A DNA stretch of 41,812 bases from positions 1 to 41,812 of IMG/VR virus record IMGVR_UViG_3300032253_000009. One strand, written 5' to 3'. The translations under genes and the position numbers were made by a program. This stretch comes from a virus. Taxonomy: Duplodnaviria; Caudoviricetes. The notes beneath the pieces are model-generated. The model saw only the letters and a list, made by a program, of their open reading frames with translations. It did no database searches and was not told the origin of the DNA. Of the stretch, positions 28,266 through 36,172 are shown piece after piece (the first letter of the stretch is position 1; each line of letters opens with the position of its first letter).

Positions 28266-28532
28266 CTAGCCTTTTAATAGTAGCGGTAAATCTTTATAGC
28301 CGCGCGTTTTGTTATTATTTAATCTATCAACTGTTTTTATAATTTTCTTTGTTAAATTTTCTAAATCAATTTCTTTAGAAACTTTGCAAGCACTATAAAC
28401 TTTATTATTACAAGTGATTGTGTAACTATAAAAATTACCATCGTCTATAATACTTTCTACTTGATATAAATTTTTCATTTTATTTTCCCTTTTATATGAG
28501 CGGGTGAGTGGATGGATTTGAACCATCGACAT
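28266..28532 (-). CDS. Hypothetical protein (true start probably internal MKNLYQ)
   Basis: AAGGGA SD before the internal ATG; track N-terminus overlaps the tRNA-like element. Confidence 0.5.
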   Translation of the reverse strand: MSMVQIHPLTRSYKRENKMKNLYQVESIIDDGNFYSYTITCNNKVYSACKVSKEIDLENLTKKIIKTVDRLNNNKTRGYKDLPLLLKG

Positions 28533-28602
28533 AGAGGTACTTGCATATACCTTTTTCTATACTAGAATCTAGCGCGTTTAACCTGACTCCGCCACACTCA
28601 CC
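28503..28602 (-). ncRNA. tRNA-His-like RNA with collapsed anticodon loop and long extra arm
   Basis: 8-bp acceptor GGTGAGTG/CACTCACC, D arm GCG-GAGTCAGGTTAAA-CGC, T arm GATGG-TTCAAAT-CCATC; no encoded CCA. Confidence 0.8.
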
Positions 28603-28645
28603 ATAAATTTTTACTTTGTAAAAAACACTTAATAAAATGCCTTTT

Positions 28646-28680
28646 AAAAAGCCCACTAGCCAAAATAAAAAGCTAGTGGG
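28646..28680 (-). terminator. Rho-independent terminator after the SSB-like gene
   Basis: CCCACTAGC/GCTAGTGGG stem followed by CTTTTT on the minus strand. Confidence 0.7.
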
Positions 28681-28709
28681 AATGCTCAACTAAGAGCTAG
28701 GGAACTTAC

Positions 28710-29501
28710 CTAACTAAATTTACTACGTTTCTTTTTACTTGCTTTTTTCTTAGATGTTTTCTTTTTACCTTTTTTTGGTGCTGTATAGTTACTAATATCA
28801 TAAGGCTGTTCTAATAGTTTAGTTGCTTCGTCTAAAGTATTAGCCATTGCTTGCAATGTTTTTTCATTTGTAATTTCATTTACGAAGTCAAAGATGATAG
28901 GCGGTATACCTGAACCTACGTGCTCTTCATCAAAATGAATATTTACAGCGCATTGCATAACGTGCAAGCCTTGAGTTTCTACGGTATTTACAAAGCCTTT
29001 CCAGTTCTTTAATGATGTAGGGGGTATGTTTAGAATCTTTAATTCTACTTTGCCGCTTTCACCTTCTACGACTAATGCTAATCGACGTTTATCAGCACAA
29101 GCTTTGCCTTCACCTCTACCTGATCCCCATTCGTTAAATTCACAGCCTGCACACATGCCTTCATCACCACCTTGTAGATTAGGTGATATGCTATCAGGTG
29201 TAAGTTCATCTTCTGAATAGCCGATAGCAAAACAAGCAGGGGAAGTTTTAGCGCCTTCAACATAATCATTATCATAATATACTTTTTCAAGTACATAGCC
29301 TACGATAACACAGTCTAATTCACGGCCAAGCACTGCACCACCTAAACTAAACTTACCACCTTTAATAGAAATGTAGTCACCTATTAATGCTTTTTCTTTA
29401 GGAACTTTGCCTGTTTTCGCATGTTGTGCAAGTTGTTGTTGCCAAGGTAGTGCTAATGCTTTACCTGTTTTTTTCTTACTTACTTTTTTCTTTGCAGCCA
29501 T
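28710..29501 (-). CDS. Putative ssDNA-binding/annealing protein
   Basis: YY...SPACF...CAGCEFNEWGS...GKAC...RRLAL...IPPTSLK pattern seen beside phage PolA genes; Lys-rich ends. Confidence 0.6.
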   Translation of the reverse strand: MAAKKKVSKKKTGKALALPWQQQLAQHAKTGKVPKEKALIGDYISIKGGKFSLGGAVLGRELDCVIVGYVLEKVYYDNDYVEGAKTSPACFAIGYSEDELTPDSISPNLQGGDEGMCAGCEFNEWGSGRGEGKACADKRRLALVVEGESGKVELKILNIPPTSLKNWKGFVNTVETQGLHVMQCAVNIHFDEEHVGSGIPPIIFDFVNEITNEKTLQAMANTLDEATKLLEQPYDISNYTAPKKGKKKTSKKKASKKKRSKFS

Positions 29502-29506
29502 TTTAA

Positions 29507-29719
29507 TTACTCCTTATTTAATAATGCGGTATCATTAGATACTGCAATAGATGCTTTTAAGAATACAGAGAATGCAACTCGCGCTTCTTTCGCATCAAAA
29601 TCTTGTATCTTATTAGCTTTAGTCATTTCATCTTTAACAATTTTAGCATTAAGTTTCATAATTGCTTTATTGTCTTTAATGCGTTCTTTTACTGCTTTTG
29701 GATCGACTTTACGTGCCAT
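29507..29719 (-). CDS. Hypothetical basic protein
   Basis: AGGAG SD. Confidence 0.6.
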   Translation of the reverse strand: MARKVDPKAVKERIKDNKAIMKLNAKIVKDEMTKANKIQDFDAKEARVAFSVFLKASIAVSNDTALLNKE

Positions 29720-29749
29720 TTTTACTACTCCTATGTAGTTGTTATTAAA

Positions 29750-29947
29750 TTAAGGGCGAAAATTACGTCTTACTACGGGTTCATATAAACATATTTGGCC
29801 GTTAGCTGTTTCTAATCGTCTTGCTAATATGTGAACTAAGTATTCCATGCCTTCTAATTCATCGTCTGGTTTTAAGAAGGTGCAAACTTGTGTTAATTCA
29901 GAATCGGTTAAGTTATCTAATATTGCTTTGTTGAATGTTTTAATCAT
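29750..29947 (-). CDS. Hypothetical protein
   Basis: ATGA coupling. Confidence 0.55.
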   Translation of the reverse strand: MIKTFNKAILDNLTDSELTQVCTFLKPDDELEGMEYLVHILARRLETANGQICLYEPVVRRNFRP

Positions 29948-30162
29948 TTTTTACCTTCTTTTAACTTTAGTAGGTTTTTATTACGTGAAATATTGTCATC
30001 TTCTCTTAATTTATATGCTAATTCATCAGGCATTTTAAAAACTACGGTAGTATACATTCCAACAACATCCATAACTATTACATGTTCAGCTAGACCTAGT
30101 TTATTGATTGTAATTGCCGATTCGTGTAAGTTACCGCCGTAAGTTTGAGTATATAGTTTCAT
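29944..30162 (-). CDS. Hypothetical protein
   Basis: ATGA coupling. Confidence 0.55.
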   Translation of the reverse strand: MKLYTQTYGGNLHESAITINKLGLAEHVIVMDVVGMYTTVVFKMPDELAYKLREDDNISRNKNLLKLKEGKK

Positions 30163-30539
30163 CTTTTAACACCTTTAGTCAGTGATTTTTTAGTAAACGG
30201 TTTAATGAAGGTAAACTTAGTGCCTGCTTCTATCATTTCTCTATATGCACCTTGTGATAATCGCAAGTCTAAAAGCTGCATAGCATCTTTATCTTGTGCG
30301 TATTTTAAAAGCTTGGGCTTATCTTTTGCAGCGATATTACCCATAACCGTTTCAGAGATATTAACGCTACCTAGCGCTACTTTTGTGCCTGTTTGCTTTT
30401 CAGCTTCAAGCATTTTAATTATTTCTTTTTCAAGTTCAGAAGCTTGTGATTTTAAATCAGTTACTTTTTTATTTTCTTCTGCAATCTTAGTTTTAAGTTT
30501 TAAATACTTTGTTACTACTGTTCCAATTTTATTAGCCAT
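30159..30539 (-). CDS. Coiled-coil replication-module protein
   Basis: N-terminal coiled coil; GGCTAGGAG RBS. Confidence 0.65.
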   Translation of the reverse strand: MANKIGTVVTKYLKLKTKIAEENKKVTDLKSQASELEKEIIKMLEAEKQTGTKVALGSVNISETVMGNIAAKDKPKLLKYAQDKDAMQLLDLRLSQGAYREMIEAGTKFTFIKPFTKKSLTKGVKR

Positions 30540-30568
30540 TTTAATTCTCCTAGCCTATTAAAAGTTTG

Positions 30569-30584
30569 CCTGCCCGAAGGCAGG
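30569..30584 (-). terminator. cUUCGg hairpin (terminator or RNA-stabilising)
   Basis: CCTGCC-TTCG-GGCAGG then CAAACTTTT. Confidence 0.5.
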
Positions 30585-30590
30585 GCTTTG

Positions 30591-30851
30591 TTATTTTACT
30601 AATGTGCAGCCTTTATTATCACTGTTATTTTTAAAATCATATAACGTGACATCACTATTATACCCACCACCGCAATTAACGGTAACTGACTTAAATAAGT
30701 CAGGGCTTTGGTTTTTATCAGCATGAGCAATTAAAAAGCCCATACTCATTAAAATGCCCGCTGGTGGGATAGTAGGCAAAGACATTGAAGAAGCTGCATT
30801 AGCAACCCCTACCGATACCATCATAATTAAACCTAATATTGCTTTTTTCAT
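30591..30851 (-). CDS. Putative exported protein
   Basis: MKKAILGLIMMVSVGVANA signal peptide; AAGGAG SD. Confidence 0.65.
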   Translation of the reverse strand: MKKAILGLIMMVSVGVANAASSMSLPTIPPAGILMSMGFLIAHADKNQSPDLFKSVTVNCGGGYNSDVTLYDFKNNSDNKGCTLVK

Positions 30852-31020
30852 TTTACTTTCTCCTTTGGCTGCCTGTTATTTTGTTTTAGCTAACAGGCTT
30901 GGCTAATTTTATTTACTATCTTTTAACGTTCTTAATTCTAAACAAATTAATTTATATAGTTCAGTATCTTTAGTGATGAATAAAAAATGCTGAAGTTTTA
31001 GTATTACTTTATCCATTTTC

Positions 31021-31140
31021 CTAACCCCACTTATGAAATGGGTTACTAATACAGAATACTTTTCCTGCTACTCTAATAAATATAGCAAACAATCTGCCGT
31101 TTGGTCTGTAAAAATTAATATTTATAAAATTACTATTCAT
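31021..31140 (-). CDS. 39-aa early peptide
   Basis: MNSNFININFYRPNGRLFAIFIRVAGKVFCISNPFHKWG behind a promoter and GGCTAGGAG RBS. Confidence 0.55.
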   Translation of the reverse strand: MNSNFININFYRPNGRLFAIFIRVAGKVFCISNPFHKWG

Positions 31141-31147
31141 TTTAATT

Positions 31148-31207
31148 CTCCTAGCCGTTGTTGTTTAAAATATGTTTATTATAACCTAATTAATTATTAA
31201 ATGTAAA
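31148..31207 (-). promoter_or_regulatory. Sigma70-like promoter and leader, copy 1
   Basis: TTTACA-18 nt-TATAAT, then AAACAACAACGGCTAGGAG. Confidence 0.7.
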
Positions 31208-31208
31208 G

Positions 31209-31424
31209 TTATTTATTAATTAAATGCATCTCACCTTTATAAACTTCTTTGTCTGGTGCGGCATTAGTTTTTACTGATATAATCTTAATTCCTCTATACC
31301 CTTCTTCTAACCATTGTTCGCGCTCTGCTTCAATTTCGTCTGCACAATCTTGACGAACAAAGCTGCCGTATAGCTCTACTTGTTCTTCATCAATATCTGC
31401 TACTACTCTATAATATGTGTTCAT
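31209..31424 (-). CDS. Acidic early protein, 71 aa
   Basis: Lies between the two promoter copies; GGCTAGGA RBS. Confidence 0.65.
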   Translation of the reverse strand: MNTYYRVVADIDEEQVELYGSFVRQDCADEIEAEREQWLEEGYRGIKIISVKTNAAPDKEVYKGEMHLINK

Positions 31425-31425
31425 G

Positions 31426-31488
31426 TTCCTAGCCTTTTGTTTGTTTCGATGTCTTTATTATACACTAATTAACTATTAAATATACATT
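31426..31488 (-). promoter_or_regulatory. Sigma70-like promoter and leader, copy 2
   Basis: TGTATA-TTTAATAGTTAATTAGTG-TATAAT, near-identical spacer and leader to copy 1. Confidence 0.65.
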
Positions 31489-31854
31489 TAATTAACAATT
31501 ATTTGATTTAATTTTGAAGTGCTTAAAAATTGTACAATAATTAACCAAAAACTATTAAATTAATGCTTTACTTTTATAGGATACGCTTTTAAACGTGTCT
31601 AGGGCGCGATAATTCAAGCTATATAATCGTATTAACTACTAGTAGAAAACGTCTAGGAAACGTTGTAATAAAGTGTACTATTTAACTATATTATAAAATG
31701 CTAATAAACAATAATCCTAAAGCACACATGTTAATAGCAGTATAAGAAACTGTTAATATAGGAATTTCAAGTTCTGATAATGTCTTATTTCCAAATTGTA
31801 AATAAATAAAAGTAATGTTTAAAATCATAACTATTATAAAAATATATTCTGGCT

Positions 31855-33867
31855 TCATTTTATATCTCCTTTAAACTTACGTTTTTTAGTTGCGTCGAAT
31901 AATGCTATTTTAGATTTATCAAAATGTTCCTGCTTCTCTTTATGTGATGCTTTATCCCATTTATCTAAATTTCTTAACGCTCTTACTCGTTGTGTGCCTT
32001 GTGATGTGTTAATAATCGTAATAGCGATATCACCGTATACTTTATTAAGTGCTTTACCCATTGCGGTGTTAGATACGTTCGCTTTAGGGTTTAATCTTTG
32101 ATATAGATTAATAACTTGAGTTGTTGTAAATAAGTCGCGGTCTATTTTTGCACCGTCTATTGATAATGAATAATCAGGATTATCTTTTACATGTGTTAGC
32201 CAACGTTCTATGTCCGTTAACGAATGGTCGATTAAATCAGATTTAGCTTGTGTCATTGGTGGCCTAGCTCGATGGTCAAAGCCTTTCGATATTTTATGTT
32301 CATAAGCGAAGTAATGTAATAGATGTGATGTGCCTTTACCTTTTCTGAATGCTTCTAATGCAATACCTTCTTTTAATGTTAAACCATTTTCTTTTTTAAT
32401 ACTGTGCACAAAAGCGCGTCTATCGTCAGGTTCTAAAAACCATGCATCTACATGATTTGATGTTAGTAAATAGTTAATACAATCAGGTATTTTATAAGTA
32501 GGCGCATATTTTTTATTTATCCATATATCTTCTTGCGTCACAATGTTTTTTATAAAATCAGAATCACTGCGGCTATCTTTACCTGATACTTCATCCCCTA
32601 GAATAAATTGTTTATTAATAGACCATTCATTAAATGGTGCGTGTAGTTGTTTATCTGTTATTACACCAAAGTTATTGCCGTACATTGCACCGACACATAA
32701 GCCTAGTGAAGATTTTCCTGTACCTTGATAGATTGATTGTAGTAATACTGCGCTTAACATTTTAGTAGCAGGATTCTGAATAGGGTATGCTACCCAATTT
32801 AAAAACCATGTTATTAACTTCTTATCGTTATTAAAGATTTTCTTAACTGCACTCATAAAAGGCTTAACACTTCCTTTTACTGGTTCGTGCGCCCAACCTT
32901 CCCATAAATTAAATTCATTGTCTTCTGTTATCTTAGGCTGTGCAGGTTTATATGTTAGTCTTTTATGTGAACGTCTATTGATACTTGTTATCCATTGCGC
33001 GGCTATGCTGATACGTTTACCATCATCTAATACCGTTCTATTAGCAAAAGTTGCTTTAACTAACGTTGAATCAGATACAAATAATTTAGCATTAAATATA
33101 TAAAATTTACCAACTTCTTCTATATAAGCCACTTCACTATCTAGTTCATTTAGTGCTTCTATATTTTCAAACGATTCAACTTTTATTTTATCATAATCTT
33201 TTTTAGTCTTATCTAATAAGTAATCATCAAGACCAATTTTTTTATAAGGGTTAAACGGTAGCGGCTTATTAAATACTTTAGCTTCTTGATTATTTAATTC
33301 TAAAGCAAAAGCGCGAATAGCTTTCATTACATCTTCATTTGTTTTTGCATCGTTATCAAAACAAATATAAATTGTTCTGCCTTTAAATACGATTGATTTA
33401 AAATCATCTATTAATGCTTTGTTAAGTTTTTTAGATTTAAACGACCACACACCACCTAAGCCAATAGTAGGGATGCCTGCTTTACAAGCTGCATAGGCTT
33501 TCTTTTCTCCTTCAGTAAATGTTATTGCAATAGATGGATCTTTTAAAATCTTTTTCCAATTCATATTTGGGGGGAAGTACAGACGCGGTTCAGTGCCTTT
33601 AGGTTGTGAGTATTTTACTATTTTATTTTTCTGATTTCTTAATTCATCTAAAAATCTAAAACGTACTGATTCAGTTACTTTACCTTTATAATCAAAATAC
33701 GGTAGTGCATAGCCAAGTGTTGAAAAGTTAGAATTTAAAATAGCTGCGGCTTCATCTTCATCACAGCAAATTAATTTCATTTTAGTAAAGTCTTTAGCAT
33801 CTAAACCAGAACGCTTTAAATCTTCTAATGCTAATTGTTTTAATTCTTTTTTATTCATTCTATGCAC
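31855..33867 (-). CDS. Primase-helicase (Toprim/DUF3854-like plus SF3/DUF5906-like NTPase)
   Basis: KYSQP, TEGEKKA, GLGGVW, ICFDND, GLDDYL; QGTGKS, LGDE, LTSN, DDRR. Confidence 0.9.
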   Translation of the reverse strand: MHRMNKKELKQLALEDLKRSGLDAKDFTKMKLICCDEDEAAAILNSNFSTLGYALPYFDYKGKVTESVRFRFLDELRNQKNKIVKYSQPKGTEPRLYFPPNMNWKKILKDPSIAITFTEGEKKAYAACKAGIPTIGLGGVWSFKSKKLNKALIDDFKSIVFKGRTIYICFDNDAKTNEDVMKAIRAFALELNNQEAKVFNKPLPFNPYKKIGLDDYLLDKTKKDYDKIKVESFENIEALNELDSEVAYIEEVGKFYIFNAKLFVSDSTLVKATFANRTVLDDGKRISIAAQWITSINRRSHKRLTYKPAQPKITEDNEFNLWEGWAHEPVKGSVKPFMSAVKKIFNNDKKLITWFLNWVAYPIQNPATKMLSAVLLQSIYQGTGKSSLGLCVGAMYGNNFGVITDKQLHAPFNEWSINKQFILGDEVSGKDSRSDSDFIKNIVTQEDIWINKKYAPTYKIPDCINYLLTSNHVDAWFLEPDDRRAFVHSIKKENGLTLKEGIALEAFRKGKGTSHLLHYFAYEHKISKGFDHRARPPMTQAKSDLIDHSLTDIERWLTHVKDNPDYSLSIDGAKIDRDLFTTTQVINLYQRLNPKANVSNTAMGKALNKVYGDIAITIINTSQGTQRVRALRNLDKWDKASHKEKQEHFDKSKIALFDATKKRKFKGDIK

Positions 33868-34181
33868 TCACAAGTTATATCTAACATATAATAACTATCA
33901 TTATAAGAATGCGAAAAATCTCTAATTTTAAAATTTAATGTAGACTTATTAAATTTGAACTTTTCACTTCTTAAAGCAATTACTTTATTATTTAAAAATA
34001 TACTTGTTAGCTGTTCTACAAGTGTCTTTTTTATAGGAGTTTTAATTACTATACAAAAAGTAACTTCTAATTTAGATAGTGTGGTAATTTTGAAATGTGT
34101 ATCTACTTCATACTCTATTAAATATGATTCAATAAATCTCTTATCATCTAGGTTTAAGTATGTAAAATCTTTAGGTGTCAT
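33855..34181 (-). CDS. Hypothetical protein
   Basis: 108 aa, ATGA-coupled. Confidence 0.5.
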   Translation of the reverse strand: MTPKDFTYLNLDDKRFIESYLIEYEVDTHFKITTLSKLEVTFCIVIKTPIKKTLVEQLTSIFLNNKVIALRSEKFKFNKSTLNFKIRDFSHSYNDSYYMLDITCECIE

Positions 34182-34363
34182 GATATGCCTATGAATCTAT
34201 TGCCCAAAAATTCATCGTCACATTCAATAGCATATAAATATTCTAATGGTCTTACTAATTTAGAGAAGGATCCTTTCTCAGTATCAAAAACACCTATCTC
34301 TAATTCACCATATCTAATACGCATTGTTTCAAGCTCTTTTATTAGTTGCGTTATATTCATCAT
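34178..34363 (-). CDS. Hypothetical protein
   Basis: MNITQLIKELE...YGELEI phage-typical N-terminus. Confidence 0.55.
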   Translation of the reverse strand: MMNITQLIKELETMRIRYGELEIGVFDTEKGSFSKLVRPLEYLYAIECDDEFLGNRFIGIS

Positions 34364-34535
34364 GAAATACCTATGAATGGGCTATTCAATTCATCACGTT
34401 TATTACATTTTCTATTTTCTATATTTATATCTTTAGCAGGTAAGTAACAATCATATTCTTCTAAGTAATACCCTACTTCTAAGTCTCCATGTTGATGTAT
34501 TAAAGCTTGTAAGTGGCTTAATAGTTCAGTTGCTT

Positions 34536-34739
34536 TCATTCTTTATTCTCCTTAACAAAGTTTCTAATTAATTCCCTAATAACTTTAGAACGATTGTTAG
34601 ATGATATTTGATAAACTTCTATTTCACCGCGATTAAACTTTTCAATATCTAAAATATTTTTATTTACAATAGCAGAATCAAAACTTTCTAAAAGACTTTC
34701 TTCTATTGCGATTTCTAATCGTTTATTTCTGAATGCCAT
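34536..34739 (-). CDS. Ribbon-helix-helix (CopG/Arc-like) regulator
   Basis: KRLEIAIEESLLESFD ... NRSKVIRELIRNFV with an insertion between the helices. Confidence 0.65.
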   Translation of the reverse strand: MAFRNKRLEIAIEESLLESFDSAIVNKNILDIEKFNRGEIEVYQISSNNRSKVIRELIRNFVKENKE

Positions 34740-34935
34740 TTTGAATCTCCATATTATCTATCATTTCCTTGTATTGAAGTATTATTTCCTCACTCATATA
34801 ACTACTAGCGATATTCGTTAAAGCTATAACGAATAGTAGAGTGAATGCGAAATTAGAATTAACGTTAATATATAGCCACCATATTAAAACGATATTGTAT
34901 ATCTGAAATAATAAATAAATTCTTTTCTTTTTCAT
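34723..34935 (-). CDS. Small two-TM membrane protein, first gene of the leftward operon
   Basis: ATG 34935 (MKKKRIYLLF) preceded by AAGGCTAGGT. Confidence 0.6.
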   Translation of the reverse strand: MKKKRIYLLFQIYNIVLIWWLYINVNSNFAFTLLFVIALTNIASSYMSEEIILQYKEMIDNMEIQNGIQK

Positions 34936-34964
34936 TTTATACCTAGCCTTATAATAATTTGGGC

Positions 34965-35041
34965 GAACAATTGCCAACGATGCATCTATCTAAACGGCTA
35001 GGAAAAGGAAGGGATGCATTTTTTAATGTCGGCAATTGTTC
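34965..35041 (-). ncRNA. Leader stem-loop, candidate antisense RNA
   Basis: GAACAATTGCC/GGCAATTGTTC outer stem, ATGCATC/GATGCAT inner stem, 26-nt loop containing UUUCCUAGCCG. Confidence 0.65.
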
Positions 35042-35074
35042 ATAGAGTTTTAACAATTTCCTAGCCTGTGCTAA

Positions 35075-35103
35075 ATATATACTCATTAAAAAGTGTTGTA
35101 AAC
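35075..35103 (-). promoter_or_regulatory. Leftward sigma70-like promoter
   Basis: TTTACA-17 nt-TATATT. Confidence 0.65.
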
Positions 35104-35251
35104 CTCTATTTTTTGATGATTTTAGGGTAAAAACGATTAATTTTTAATGATTTTCGTTAAAAAACGATTAAAAACAGCTTAATTTTAGTCGTAAAAATAG
35201 CGAAAAAAGCACTGTTTTTTGTATATCTAAAAACTCTAATATTGAAATTAA

Positions 35252-35521
35252 TCAAAAATGGTCATTTTTGAAATTTATTACACGTTTATTACACGTTTTA
35301 TACACGTTTTGAAATTGATATTTTTTAATGTAATCAACGGCTTATAATTAATTACACGAATTACACGTTTTCGGGCACAAACTCTTTATATAACTTACGT
35401 AAGGAATATATATATATTTTTATTAAAAAACCTGTAATACCTGTAATTATCTTATAACTTATTGATTTTAAAAAGGAATTTTAATTACACATAACCTGTA
35501 ATACGTGTAATAACGTGTAAT
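35252..35521. repeat. Iteron-like array, candidate replication origin
   Basis: ATTACACG at 35277, 35288, 35351, 35360 facing C(C/G)TGTAAT at 35431, 35440, 35495, 35504, 35514 across an AT-rich core. Confidence 0.7.
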
Positions 35522-35653
35522 TCTTATACTTATCAATAACTTAACTATTTTTAGCGGCGTTTATGGTGTTTTTAGGCATTAACGGTTTCGATAAGTGGCT
35601 GAATGCACTATAATTAATAACAATGTTGTGCTAATGGGTTTGGGTGTAAAGTT

Positions 35654-36172
35654 TTGGCTACTAAAGAAAAAAAGAAAACTCCTATTAAGAAGAAAGCGAA
35701 AAAGATTCCGCGCAATAGTTCTTCCATTGCAGCACAAAATAGACGCGCACGATTAGAAGCTTTAATAGATGAAGCAACGGCACGACAATATCTAAGGCAG
35801 ATAGAAGCCGTAGTAGTTGATTCAATAAGACTTAAAAAAACAATTGATGCAGCAAAACTTAAAAGTGATGTAATAAAAAAAGCTTTAGGTTTATTTGATT
35901 TCACAAATGATAAAAATTTAACTAAGAAACAATTTAGAGAAAGTTTAGCTATTGCAATAGATGATATTATAAGAATGCAACAAAGCGAATTAAGCACAGT
36001 CGTTATAAAAGCAGAAACACAAAACAAATTAAACACGACAATACTAAATGCAAACTTTAAACGATTAAATAAAGTTTTCCCTGACGTTAAATCCGTTGAG
36101 TTAAAAGACCAAGACGGTGAAAACCCATTTAATAAATTAGCTGAAGCATTAACAGAGGCCGCTAAATCTTGA
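35654..36172 (+). CDS. Putative terminase small subunit
   Basis: Directly upstream of and overlapping TerL; C-terminal PDVKSVELKDQDGENP; start codon uncertain. Confidence 0.65.
   Translation: MATKEKKKTPIKKKAKKIPRNSSSIAAQNRRARLEALIDEATARQYLRQIEAVVVDSIRLKKTIDAAKLKSDVIKKALGLFDFTNDKNLTKKQFRESLAIAIDDIIRMQQSELSTVVIKAETQNKLNTTILNANFKRLNKVFPDVKSVELKDQDGENPFNKLAEALTEAAKS

Noticed and set aside
26389-33867. Z-genome (2-aminoadenine) system suggested by the PolA/primase module
   Set aside because: No PurZ-, DatZ- or MazZ-like ORF is recognisable
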